Shown: positions 18,970 to 28,508, numbered from the stretch's first letter. The stretch is DNA of 64,000 bases from Acutalibacteraceae bacterium (GCA_045542715.1 JAZQLN010000013.1:54363-118362), one strand, 5' to 3'. The notes: generated by a model not told the origin, from the sequence alone. Numbers and translations: made by a program.

Positions 18970-19947
18970 TTGATTGTTTCCCGGACACCCGTAAGAATGT
19001 CATTTTTCGGCGGAGGCACGGATTTCCCCGAATTCTTCAATGAATATTCAGGCTCGGTTATCTCCACCACGTTCGATAAATACTGCTATGTAAACGTACG
19101 TCACCTGCCCGAGCTTTTTGAATACAAATCATATCTTGCCTATGCACAGATTGAAAAAGTCAACTCTGTCGATGAGATAAAGCATCCTGCAATACGTAAC
19201 GCAATGGAGTGGCTGAAGCTTGAACGCATCGCAATGAATTACGACGCAGATCTGCCTGCAAAAACAGGGCTCGGCACAAGCAGTGCATTTTCCGTGGGCC
19301 TCCTCAACGCATTATATACCATGCAGGGCATCACAAAAACAAAGCGTGAGCTTGCGGATGACGCAATCCATCTTGAAAGAGTTCTCTGCGATGAAGACGG
19401 CGGTATTCAGGATCAGATTGCCGCATCTTTCGGCGGATTTAACCGCATTGATTTTACCCGTGACGGATATACTGTCAGACCCGTTGATTTTTCAGAAAAA
19501 AGAAAAAACGCACTCAACGACAATCTTATGCTTTTCTTCACGGGTCTTTCAAGATACTCGTTCCAGATTCAGAAAACAACCAAAATGATGCTCGGCAAAC
19601 GAACGGCAGAGCTGCTGAAAATCCGTGACATGGTTGACGCTGCCGAAAAAATACTTACCGACGGCAACCGTTCGCTTGATGATTTCGGTATGCTTCTGAA
19701 TGAAACATGGCAGCTCAAAAAAAGCATAAGCAATGAAATTTCAACCAACATAATCGATTCGGTTTACGATAAAGCCATGGGTGCAGGTGCACTCGGCGGA
19801 AAGCTTCTCGGTGCAGGCGGAGGAGGATGCCTTCTGTTTTATGTTCCGGAAGAAAAACAGGATAATGTCAGAAACGTTCTTTCGGATATGCACGAAGTTA
19901 AATTCCGTTTTGAAAACGAAGGAACAAAAATCATCTGTAACTATTAA
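18970..19947 (+). CDS. hddA: GHMP sugar kinase, D-glycero-alpha-D-manno-heptose-7-phosphate 1-kinase (HddA) type
   Basis: TPVRMSFFGGGTD, GLGTSSAF, GGIQDQ, GKLLGAGGGG; context of HddC-GmhB. Confidence 0.75.
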   Translation: MIVSRTPVRMSFFGGGTDFPEFFNEYSGSVISTTFDKYCYVNVRHLPELFEYKSYLAYAQIEKVNSVDEIKHPAIRNAMEWLKLERIAMNYDADLPAKTGLGTSSAFSVGLLNALYTMQGITKTKRELADDAIHLERVLCDEDGGIQDQIAASFGGFNRIDFTRDGYTVRPVDFSEKRKNALNDNLMLFFTGLSRYSFQIQKTTKMMLGKRTAELLKIRDMVDAAEKILTDGNRSLDDFGMLLNETWQLKKSISNEISTNIIDSVYDKAMGAGALGGKLLGAGGGGCLLFYVPEEKQDNVRNVLSDMHEVKFRFENEGTKIICNY

Positions 19948-19952
19948 TTCAT

Positions 19953-19975
19953 GCCACGGTATTGACTGCCGTGGC
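19953..19975 (+). terminator. Intrinsic terminator after hddA
   Basis: GCCACGGTA-ttgac-TGCCGTGGC followed by TTTCGTTTTCTT. Confidence 0.7.
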
Positions 19976-19985
19976 TTTCGTTTTC

Positions 19986-20014
19986 TTGACATTTAATATA
20001 TAATGTGATAACCT
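19986..20014 (+). promoter_or_regulatory. sigmaA promoter of the cupin-hddC/gmhB-rSAM1 operon
   Basis: TTGACA-17bp-TAACCT with TGn extension. Confidence 0.65.
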
Positions 20015-20052
20015 ATATTCTGTACAAACAGTTTTATAAATGAGGTAATCAG

Positions 20053-20418
20053 ATGATAAAAATTCTCACTCCCGATTTCGTTTTCGAGGACGAAAGAGGC
20101 ACTCTTGTTCAGCTTGTTCACGAGGGCTATAATCAGATAAATGTTGTAACCTCAAAGGCAGGTGTCACAAGAGGAAACCACTGCCACAAACTTAACCGTG
20201 AGGGTTTTTATGTTGTTGAAGGCTCATTCACCGTTGATGTGCATAAAGGGAACGAAAAAGCTTCCCATACCTTCAAAAAGGGTGATATGTTTATCATCGA
20301 GCCTGAAGTCATGCACTCATTTGTTTATCACGAGGATTCAACCCTTATAGGTTTTTATGACAAAGGCGTTGAGCTTCCCGACGGCACAAAAGACATTATT
20401 CCGGAGGTTACGGACTGA
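20053..20418 (+). CDS. Cupin, NDP-keto-sugar isomerase/epimerase-like (FdtA/QdtA/RmlC-like)
   Basis: FEDERGTL, RGNHCH, distal E and H; overlaps the next start. Confidence 0.7.
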   Translation: MIKILTPDFVFEDERGTLVQLVHEGYNQINVVTSKAGVTRGNHCHKLNREGFYVVEGSFTVDVHKGNEKASHTFKKGDMFIIEPEVMHSFVYHEDSTLIGFYDKGVELPDGTKDIIPEVTD

Positions 20419-21671
20419 TGGAAGCAATCGTTCTCGCAGGCGGATTCGGCACAAGGCTGCGCCCCTGCATCGAAAATCTGCCGAAACCTCTTGCACCCGT
20501 CTGCGGCAGACCTTTCATCTCATATCTTCTTGATTATCTTTATGCAAACGGTGTTCACCGTGCGATAATCTCAACAGGATATATGGCTGATGAAATAGTT
20601 AAATCCGTAGGCAAAACCCACAGAGGTATGGTTGTTGATTACAGCCATGAAGAAACCCCTCTCGGCACGGGCGGAGGAATCAAAAAGGCTCTGTCACTCT
20701 GCAAAGATGATATTGCGGTTGTCATAAACGGCGACACCTTCTTTGATGTTGACCTTTTTGAAATGGAAGAATTTCACCGCAATTCAGGTTGTGCAATAAC
20801 TCTCGCTGCAAAGGAAATCCCCGATGTTTACCGTTCGGGATGCATCAAAACAGAAAACGGCAGACTTACGGGTTTCACGGAAAAAGGAACTTCCGGTGCC
20901 GGAAAAATCAACGGCGGGATATATTTCATCAATAAATATTCTCTTGACAATATAACCGAAGAAAAGTTTTCTTTTGAGAAAAATATTCTGGAAAGCGGAA
21001 AATATGATATCGGTGTTTTTGAAAGCAACGGATATTTCATTGATATAGGCATACCCGAAGCATATAATCTTGCACAGACCGACTGTGATAAGCTTGTTTC
21101 AAGAAGAATAAGAAAAGCGGTTTTTCTTGACCGTGACGGCACAATCAACAAAGATACCGTTCATCTTTACCGCAAAGAAGAATTTGAATTTCTCCCCGAT
21201 GCCGGCAAGGCAATTGCCGATATAAAAAAACTCGGTTATCTTGCAATTGTCATCACAAATCAGGCAGGAATCGCAAAGGGACTTTATTCGTCTGATGATG
21301 CGGATACACTCCATAAACATATCGATTCTCAGCTTGCGGAAAATCATTCCGTTATCGCTGACGGATATTATTACTGCCCTCATCATCCCGATGCGGTAAT
21401 TGAAAAATACAGGGTTGACTGTTCATGCAGAAAGCCTCAGCCAGGTCTTATCCTTAAGGCAGTCGATGATTTCCGTGAAAGAGGAATTGAAATTGACCTC
21501 AGCAGTTCATTCATGGCAGGCAACAGAAATTCAGATACCCTCGCAGGCATGAATGCAGGGCTGACAAACAATATTCTCATCGGCTCTGACGAGACATTTA
21601 ATCCCGAAACGGCTTCGGCTCACTATGAAAGTCTTTATGACTTTTCTCAATATATAAAGCAGGTGTTATAG
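20418..21671 (+). CDS. Fused heptose-1-phosphate guanylyltransferase (HddC-like) and heptose-1,7-bisphosphate phosphatase (GmhB)
   Basis: N-terminal LAGGFGTRLR nucleotidyltransferase with FIDIG. C-terminal HAD FLDRDGTIN, ITNQAGI, Zn site CPHHP..CSCRKP. Confidence 0.85.
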   Translation: MEAIVLAGGFGTRLRPCIENLPKPLAPVCGRPFISYLLDYLYANGVHRAIISTGYMADEIVKSVGKTHRGMVVDYSHEETPLGTGGGIKKALSLCKDDIAVVINGDTFFDVDLFEMEEFHRNSGCAITLAAKEIPDVYRSGCIKTENGRLTGFTEKGTSGAGKINGGIYFINKYSLDNITEEKFSFEKNILESGKYDIGVFESNGYFIDIGIPEAYNLAQTDCDKLVSRRIRKAVFLDRDGTINKDTVHLYRKEEFEFLPDAGKAIADIKKLGYLAIVITNQAGIAKGLYSSDDADTLHKHIDSQLAENHSVIADGYYYCPHHPDAVIEKYRVDCSCRKPQPGLILKAVDDFRERGIEIDLSSSFMAGNRNSDTLAGMNAGLTNNILIGSDETFNPETASAHYESLYDFSQYIKQVL

Positions 21672-21672
21672 T

Positions 21673-23589
21673 TTGAAAAATGTTTATTTCGTTCAGGTGG
21701 GTTTTGCATTTGACAAATCCGTCTATCTGCCCTATGCAACGGGAACAATCGTTGCATACTGCAAAAGCTTACCTGAAATAACGGCTGATTATGCGTTCCC
21801 GGAAATCATTTTCCGCAGGGACAATATCGATAATATCGTAAACGGTATGGATAATCCGTATATCGCCGCATTTTCAACCTATGTATGGAATGTTGAATTC
21901 AACAAAGCTCTTGCAAAAGCCGTCAAAGAAAAATATCCCGATTGTAAAATAGTTTTCGGCGGCCACAGCGTTTCGGACCGCATGGAATTTCTTGACGAAG
22001 ACTATATCGATATTCTCACTCTCGGCGAGGGTGAAGAAGTTACCGCCAACCTGCTTTTAACTCTAAAAAATTCAGGCAGCCTCAGCGAATGCCGAGGAAT
22101 TGCATTCAGGGACAATAAAGGAAACAAGGTTCTCACAGAGCCTAACTGCCCCGAAACCGTTGAACACTATCCCTCCCCCTATCTTACGGGTGTTTTCGAT
22201 TCCATAATCGAAAAAAATCCCGATATGATGTTTGATACAATCATAGAAACAAACCGCGGATGCCCATATAACTGTGCATACTGTGACTGGAGCAACCATA
22301 AAAAGCTCCGACTTTTCCCCATTGATAAAGTCAAGGGCGAACTCAAATGGCTTTCCGACCATAATATCGAATATTGCTTCTGTGCCGACTCAAACTTCGG
22401 AATGTTTGAACGTGACACCGAAATTGCCGAATATATAGTGGAACTCAACACAAAAACGGGATTCCCCAAGGTGTTCCGCCCCTGCTATGAAAAAAACAGT
22501 GCAGACAGGGTTTTCAGAATTTCGAAAACACTCAACTCCAGAGGTCTCGATAAAGGTGCAACAATGGCATATCAGACCCTCTGCGACGAAGCACTGAAAA
22601 ACATCAACCGAAAAAATCTGACAATGGAGCATTTTTCGGACCTGATGGCAAACTATACAAAGGCAAATATACCGACATATTCTGAGCTCATTCTCGGTCT
22701 CCCCGGAGAAACCGCAGAAAGCTTCTGTCAGGGACTCTGCAAGCTTCTGCGTGCGGGTCAGCATAATTCAATCAGCGTTTATTACTGCGAATTATTGCCC
22801 AATGCGCCGATGTGCAAACCCGAATATATGGAAAAATTCAAAATCGAACCGATGAAGGTTCAGTTTAATCATATTCATTCCGCAAGCGGCAAAAAAGATA
22901 TGATTCCCGAGTATTCGTATCTTGTGCGTTCAACAAGCACGATGCCCCGCGATGCATGGGTTTACGCAAACCTTTTCTCAATTTGTCTCCAGTGTTTCCA
23001 CAGTCTCGGACTTCTGAGATTTTTTGCAATCCACGCATATCACGCAATGAATATCGATTACTATGATTTCTATAAAGGTCTGCTCGATTTCTGCCTTGAA
23101 GATGACGGTCTTGTGGGTAATCTTTTCAGAGAAATCAAAAGAAAACTTGACGGCTCGCTTGAAGGCGAATGGAATCACAGCAATCCCGTTTTCGGAAATG
23201 TCACATGGTTTTTCGAGGAAGGTCTTTTCCTTGAAATGCTTTATAACTTTGATGAATTCAAAAAAATCATCGATAAATTTGTGAAACCTCTCGGATTCAA
23301 TGAAAAAGTCTACTCCGAGCTTCTGAAATTCCAGCTCAACGCAATCAAGCACCCCTTTGAAGACGGAAAAGAATTTGAATGCGGTTTTGACTTCCTTTCT
23401 TACTTCAAAAACATGGGTTCAAACGAAAAATCAACCCTTGAAGAAAGAAAAACAAGCTACATTTTCAAAGCAAAAACACATTATGAGGACTGGCCTCGCT
23501 TCGCAAAGGAAATCGTCTGGTATGGCAGGCGTAAAGGTGCTACACTTTACACAAATGACACTAACCTGATAGAAGTCAGATTATTGTAA
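21673..23589 (+). CDS. Cobalamin-dependent radical SAM enzyme, paralog 1
   Basis: N-terminal B12-binding Rossmann domain (LPY..G, YVWN, VFGGH, GEGE), ETNRGCPYNCAYC, DSNFG, ELILGLPGET. Confidence 0.9.
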   Translation: MKNVYFVQVGFAFDKSVYLPYATGTIVAYCKSLPEITADYAFPEIIFRRDNIDNIVNGMDNPYIAAFSTYVWNVEFNKALAKAVKEKYPDCKIVFGGHSVSDRMEFLDEDYIDILTLGEGEEVTANLLLTLKNSGSLSECRGIAFRDNKGNKVLTEPNCPETVEHYPSPYLTGVFDSIIEKNPDMMFDTIIETNRGCPYNCAYCDWSNHKKLRLFPIDKVKGELKWLSDHNIEYCFCADSNFGMFERDTEIAEYIVELNTKTGFPKVFRPCYEKNSADRVFRISKTLNSRGLDKGATMAYQTLCDEALKNINRKNLTMEHFSDLMANYTKANIPTYSELILGLPGETAESFCQGLCKLLRAGQHNSISVYYCELLPNAPMCKPEYMEKFKIEPMKVQFNHIHSASGKKDMIPEYSYLVRSTSTMPRDAWVYANLFSICLQCFHSLGLLRFFAIHAYHAMNIDYYDFYKGLLDFCLEDDGLVGNLFREIKRKLDGSLEGEWNHSNPVFGNVTWFFEEGLFLEMLYNFDEFKKIIDKFVKPLGFNEKVYSELLKFQLNAIKHPFEDGKEFECGFDFLSYFKNMGSNEKSTLEERKTSYIFKAKTHYEDWPRFAKEIVWYGRRKGATLYTNDTNLIEVRLL

Positions 23590-23603
23590 GTCCTAATAAT
23601 ATC

Positions 23604-23633
23604 AAAAGGAGCCGCATTTATGCGGCTCCTTTT
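23604..23633. terminator. Bidirectional terminator between convergent rSAM1 and rSAM2
   Basis: AAAAGGAGCCGCA-ttta-TGCGGCTCCTTTT, perfect 13-bp stem. Confidence 0.9.
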
Positions 23634-23658
23634 TCCTTGCAAGTAAAGCTATATCACT

Positions 23659-25593
23659 TTACACAGTTTCAATTTTATCTTTGTATGAACGGCTGCCCAT
23701 TTTGCCGTACCATACAACCTTTTTGCCGAATTCTTCCCAACCCGAGGCAGGATCGCTGTCCGTAAACTCAAATCTGAACCTTCCTTTTACGGGAGGCACG
23801 TATTCGTTGACATAAATCTTCTTGAAATAGTTGTTAAAATCAATTTCAGCCTCACAAGATGACGATTTTTCATCGGGTTTTCTGAGCACCGCCCTCTGAT
23901 ATCCGTAAAGCTGTGAAAGAATGCTTTCATCTTCAATAACAGATGAAAGATACGGCATCATTTCTCCATAGAATACATCAAGATTTCCGCAGAGATTGAG
24001 GAAGATGTATTCGTAATTCTCCCACACAAGATTGCCTGCAAAAGGCACGGTAAGTCTCGGGTTTTCGCCGTTTGCAAGGCTCGCAAAGTAATTCTTGACC
24101 GTTCCGAATACACCGAGCGTAAACGGAGCATTACCGTTTTCAATATATTCAATAAGTCCCTCATAAAAGCTTCTGTAGCTCTTATCAAGCTCATAAAATG
24201 CGTAGATTGCAAAGCATCTGAGAAGTCCGCATCCGTGCATCGCCTGAGTAAAACCGCCGAATGCCGCACTCTTCTGCCACATATCGCAGGGCATGCTGTC
24301 AGTTTCCGTTATGATATTGGTTTTTTCGGGGATATAATAGGCATCCGCTGCACAGTGATATCTCACTATCTCGGAATTTGAGGTTTTTATTCCGTGTTTT
24401 TCCATATATTCCGTCTGCCCGAGAATTGAGTTCGGCAGTACGATACAGTTATAAACCTCAAAAATAAAGTGCTGACCTATTTCAAAAAGCTTGCATATTC
24501 CGTCTGCAAAGCTGTCATAGGTTTCGCCGGGCAGACCGAGAATCAATTCGGAATAAACCTGTAAGTTTTCTTCGTGGTATACACCGAAATCCTTACGAAA
24601 ATGCTCAAGAGACATATTCTTTCTGCCGATGTTTTCGAGCACAACGGGCGAAAGGCTCTGGAGCGATATTGTGGCACCTGCTCTGTCAATCCCCTTGCGG
24701 TTGAAGCGTCTTACGATTTCAAGCACCCTTTCACGGTTGCTTTTTGAATAGTTTATCCTCACTCTTTCGGGATAGCCGTATTTTTCCTTGGCATTGACAA
24801 AAGCATCCGCAATCAGCAAATCATCGGGGCTTATGCCGAAATTCGCATCCGCACCCCAGACAAATCTGATTTTGTTTCTGCCCATCCATTCAATTTCGGC
24901 AAAAACCTTATCAAGCGGAAAAAATCTTGTTTTTTCTTTAAGCAGACCCCAATCACAGTATGCACATCTGTTGGGGCATCCCCTGCTTGTTTCAATGATG
25001 GTGTTGAATTCCATATCGGGATATTTTTCAAAAAATCCGTCAAACCAACCGTCAAGATACGGCGATGCATAATCGTTATCGCACAAAGCTTTCACTTCGC
25101 TCATAACACATTTACTGCCGTCTCTGTAGGCAATATTCGGCACAGACGAAACATCACCGCCGAGGTTTTCAAGGAGACTGCCGAAGGTTATTTCTCCCTC
25201 GCCGAAGCAGAGATAATCAACCTGCGGATTGTTTTCAAGGAACGAAGTGTTATGAGGAATATTGTGGCCGCCGAAAACGGTTATGCAATCGGGATAAGCC
25301 TTCTTGATTTCCGATGCAAGAACAAGATTATATTCCGTATTCCAGCAGTAGTTTGAAAATCCGACCACGGCGGGATTTTCCATTTCCGCAACAACCTGCT
25401 CAATGCTTTTTCTGATGAATATGAAATCCCTGAATTCATAAAGCGAAGCAACCCGGCTGTTACGCCAGGCATTTGCAACTATCACACCCGCCGTATACGG
25501 CAGATAAACCACTTTTGAATCCTTGCCCGATGAAACATCCACCTGGACAAAATAAACATTGGCTTTTGCGGACAAAAAATCACTTACTTTCAT
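23659..25593 (-). CDS. Cobalamin-dependent radical SAM enzyme, paralog 2 (true start may be TTG 25575)
   Basis: VYLPYTAG, NYCWN, VFGGH, GEGE, ETSRGCPNRCAYC, DANFG, ELILGLPGET. Confidence 0.9.
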   Translation of the reverse strand: MKVSDFLSAKANVYFVQVDVSSGKDSKVVYLPYTAGVIVANAWRNSRVASLYEFRDFIFIRKSIEQVVAEMENPAVVGFSNYCWNTEYNLVLASEIKKAYPDCITVFGGHNIPHNTSFLENNPQVDYLCFGEGEITFGSLLENLGGDVSSVPNIAYRDGSKCVMSEVKALCDNDYASPYLDGWFDGFFEKYPDMEFNTIIETSRGCPNRCAYCDWGLLKEKTRFFPLDKVFAEIEWMGRNKIRFVWGADANFGISPDDLLIADAFVNAKEKYGYPERVRINYSKSNRERVLEIVRRFNRKGIDRAGATISLQSLSPVVLENIGRKNMSLEHFRKDFGVYHEENLQVYSELILGLPGETYDSFADGICKLFEIGQHFIFEVYNCIVLPNSILGQTEYMEKHGIKTSNSEIVRYHCAADAYYIPEKTNIITETDSMPCDMWQKSAAFGGFTQAMHGCGLLRCFAIYAFYELDKSYRSFYEGLIEYIENGNAPFTLGVFGTVKNYFASLANGENPRLTVPFAGNLVWENYEYIFLNLCGNLDVFYGEMMPYLSSVIEDESILSQLYGYQRAVLRKPDEKSSSCEAEIDFNNYFKKIYVNEYVPPVKGRFRFEFTDSDPASGWEEFGKKVVWYGKMGSRSYKDKIETV

Positions 25594-25600
25594 TAATTTT

Positions 25601-25626
25601 AACGGGTGTACATCAGCACACCCGTT
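25601..25626 (-). terminator. Hairpin downstream of the smaller membrane protein gene, immediately upstream of rSAM2
   Basis: AACGGGTGT-8nt-ACACCCGTT; arms shared with the hairpin at 29506-29534. Confidence 0.6.
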
Positions 25627-25631
25627 TATTT

Positions 25632-26483
25632 TTATTTGCAGAGCTTCTTTGTTACAGCTTCATCGATTTCATTGAATGTTTTGTTTGCGTAAGTGTTGCA
25701 GTTTGCGGCAACAACAAGTGTAAGTGCAACGGAAACAACAATCATATATGCATTTCTTGAAATCATCATGCTCTGAGGAATTGCAGCAGCGGCAAGACAT
25801 ACATATCCGAGTGCTTCGGCTTTGCCGTCTTTTGATCTGAACGCCTTGAACGCAACATACAACGTGAAAACTGCCATAAGAATTGTTACGATTGATGAGA
25901 ACCAATGAGATTTGAAAGAATTGAATGTGAACGAATCCTTGAATACTTTAAAGCAATATACACCCGCACCGAAAAGAACAGCTTCCGAAACCGCAAAAAT
26001 GATTTTATCAACAACGGATGATTCTCTGAGCTTATGCCAGTTGATAATGAATCCTGCCGCAAAAAGTACGGGAATTGCGGATATGGATGTATACTGAAAA
26101 AATGCGTGAGAAAGAATTGCAAGTGCCGCCGCAACGGGAAGATATCTGATTTCTTTCACAAACATCATTCCGCCTGCATAAACGGCAAGCATTGCAAACA
26201 CTTCAACGTTGATTTCAAGATAATCGTACACTCCGAGAACAAGTCCGCACGAAGAAATAACGCCGAAAAGATGCCGAACAGTCATGAATTTGCCGTCAGA
26301 CGGAATATTCATTGAAAGCACAAATGAAAATGCAAATGCACCTGCAATCAAAGCAAGGTAAACATCAGGTTGAGTCATGCCTCTCAACCCTGAACCGTGA
26401 AGCCCTTTGAGAATGATAAGAACAAAGCAAAGGATAAACACCGTTATACGGTTTTTTGATTGTGAAACTGTTTTTTCTGCCAT
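25632..26483 (-). CDS. Polytopic membrane protein, hypothetical (distant paralog of 29539-30774)
   Basis: Multiple hydrophobic segments; ATG 26483 after RBS GAGGTG; directly downstream of rSAM3. Confidence 0.75.
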   Translation of the reverse strand: MAEKTVSQSKNRITVFILCFVLIILKGLHGSGLRGMTQPDVYLALIAGAFAFSFVLSMNIPSDGKFMTVRHLFGVISSCGLVLGVYDYLEINVEVFAMLAVYAGGMMFVKEIRYLPVAAALAILSHAFFQYTSISAIPVLFAAGFIINWHKLRESSVVDKIIFAVSEAVLFGAGVYCFKVFKDSFTFNSFKSHWFSSIVTILMAVFTLYVAFKAFRSKDGKAEALGYVCLAAAAIPQSMMISRNAYMIVVSVALTLVVAANCNTYANKTFNEIDEAVTKKLCK

Positions 26484-26496
26484 TTCCGACACCTCG

Positions 26497-28425
26497 TTAA
26501 TCAATATATTTTATTTCGGGATTATAACAATCGGAGATATACAGTGCGGCAGATTTGTTTCTGCCGTACCAGACAACCGAGCAGGCGTAATCATAAAGAT
26601 TTCCGCACAGCTTGTCATTGTTGACTGTTATAACTGTTTTTTTCTTTTCGGGAGGAGCATATCTGCCCTCATATATGCCTTTGAAGCAACTGTAAAAATC
26701 ATAATCGGAAACTATTTCCGGATTTTCAGAACACGGTCTTTTCAGAACCTTTCTCTGAAAATCAAAAATCGGCTTCAGATTTTCTTTCCCGAATTTATCG
26801 GCAAAGAAGGCTTCAAGCTCATCGTATATTTCATCGGCAATTTCCAGCGATTTGAGAAAACAGATTTCATCAAACTGCCAACAAATATCGCCCAGCCCGT
26901 CACACTGTACCGCCCATGAATTTTTGCGGTGTATCATCCCTTCCGCAAAGTGCTTTACAATTGAATAAACCTTATTGCACGCTTTGTTTTCGGGATTTGC
27001 GGAAAGCCCGGCAATCATGGAATAAATATCATAATAGCTTATTCCGAATTCATTACGCAGATACATAGCCGCAAGTCTGAAAAGGCCGATATTATGAAAC
27101 GCCTGAATAATACAGGAAAAAATCACACAGTAAACCCAATCCTCACGGCTGAGAGTGTTTGTTTCGATAACCGCATTGTTGTATTCGGTTATTTCCTGCT
27201 TTGTGTCAGCTTTGCAATGAGCCTGTGCAAACGGAGTTTTAACTGTTTTTATGCCGTATTTTTCAACAGATTCTTTTGAACCCATTTCCGAATTCGGGAG
27301 CAGGTCGCAGGTATAAACCTGAATTGCCTTGTGCTGACCGTATTCGAGCAATTCGCAAAGTCCGGCGGTGAAGCTTTCTTTTGTTTCTCCCGGAAGACCG
27401 AGAATAAGCTCCGACGATGTTGAAATTCCGAGACGGCTGTATTCACTCATGAGTTCACGGAAATGCTCAAGAGGAATATTTTTTCTGCCGATATTTTCAA
27501 GCACTTCGGGCGACATACTCTGGAACGAAAGCGTCTGTGCCTTGTCAAGACCGTACTCATTGAATCTCATGCAGATTTTTTTTACGAATTCCGTTCTGTT
27601 TTTGGTGAAACACACTCTGAAATTCTGCGGATATCCCGTTTTCTTTTTAAGAGAAATTATGTATTCCGCAATCTCTTCATCACGGTCGAAAAGTCCGAAA
27701 TTCCCGTCTGCGCAGTAAACATATTCGATTTTATGCTCTGCAATCCAGTCCATTTCAGCTTTTACCCTCTCCATCGGGAAAAGCCTCACCTTGCTGCCGA
27801 GAGTTCCCCAGTCGCAGAATGAGCAGTGAAACGGACATCCTCTGTTTGTTTCGAGAACAGCGGAAAACCTTGTTTCGCCGTCTGCGATACCGTCAAAAAT
27901 ACCGCTGAGATACGGCGACGGATACTCGCTCATACAAAATCCTTCTTCATGGGTTTTCACAAGGGTTTCGCCGTTTCTGAATGCAATGTTTGCAACACCG
28001 TCAAGGCTTCTGTCATTCAAGAAAGCTAGCACAACCTGCCTGAACGCTTCCTCCCCTTCACGGTAGATTACAACATCAACTTCAGGGCATTCCTCAAAGG
28101 TTTCAAAATCACGGAGAACATTATGTCCTCCGAAAACAATTTTCACCTCGGGATATGCTTTTTTTATCTCTTTTGCAAGAGCTTTATTATATTCATAGTT
28201 CCACACGGAACAGGAAAACGCAACCATAAACGGATTTTCTGTTTTATTGACAGCTTTTTCAATCGGTTCATGAGTATAAATAAATCCGCCGATTCTGCAT
28301 GAGCTCTTTATTGTTTCATCCGCAAAAGCATATGCGGCAATACAGCCTGATGCATAGGGAATGTAGACTGATTTTATATCGTTGCCGTAAACATTGTTTG
28401 CCTGAACAAAATATATGTTTTTCAA
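26497..28425 (-). CDS. Cobalamin-dependent radical SAM enzyme, paralog 3
   Basis: VYIPYASG, SVWN, VFGGH, REGE, ETNRGCPFHCSFC, DGNFG, ELILGLPGET. Confidence 0.9.
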   Translation of the reverse strand: MKNIYFVQANNVYGNDIKSVYIPYASGCIAAYAFADETIKSSCRIGGFIYTHEPIEKAVNKTENPFMVAFSCSVWNYEYNKALAKEIKKAYPEVKIVFGGHNVLRDFETFEECPEVDVVIYREGEEAFRQVVLAFLNDRSLDGVANIAFRNGETLVKTHEEGFCMSEYPSPYLSGIFDGIADGETRFSAVLETNRGCPFHCSFCDWGTLGSKVRLFPMERVKAEMDWIAEHKIEYVYCADGNFGLFDRDEEIAEYIISLKKKTGYPQNFRVCFTKNRTEFVKKICMRFNEYGLDKAQTLSFQSMSPEVLENIGRKNIPLEHFRELMSEYSRLGISTSSELILGLPGETKESFTAGLCELLEYGQHKAIQVYTCDLLPNSEMGSKESVEKYGIKTVKTPFAQAHCKADTKQEITEYNNAVIETNTLSREDWVYCVIFSCIIQAFHNIGLFRLAAMYLRNEFGISYYDIYSMIAGLSANPENKACNKVYSIVKHFAEGMIHRKNSWAVQCDGLGDICWQFDEICFLKSLEIADEIYDELEAFFADKFGKENLKPIFDFQRKVLKRPCSENPEIVSDYDFYSCFKGIYEGRYAPPEKKKTVITVNNDKLCGNLYDYACSVVWYGRNKSAALYISDCYNPEIKYID

Positions 28426-28454
28426 CGCATCATCCCCTTTGCATAGTTATTTTT

Positions 28455-28483
28455 ATTATAATACTATATATAAAGAATGTCAA
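28455..28483 (-). promoter_or_regulatory. Perfect-consensus sigmaA promoter for rSAM3-membrane protein(-rSAM2)
   Basis: Minus-strand TTGACA-17bp-TATAAT. Confidence 0.8.
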
Positions 28484-28508
28484 TAAAACAAAATATTTGT
28501 GTTGTAAA

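Noticed and set aside
18970-21671. LPS inner-core (ADP-heptose) biosynthesis
   Set aside because: The organism is a sporulating Firmicute. The enzymes are HddA/HddC-type (GDP route), and no HldE, HldD or Waa genes are present.
21673-28425. Assigning the rSAMs as HpnP/HpnJ, BchE, or archaeal GDGT ring synthases
   Set aside because: No hopanoid, chlorophyll or isoprenoid genes are nearby, and the generic B12-rSAM motifs are not diagnostic.
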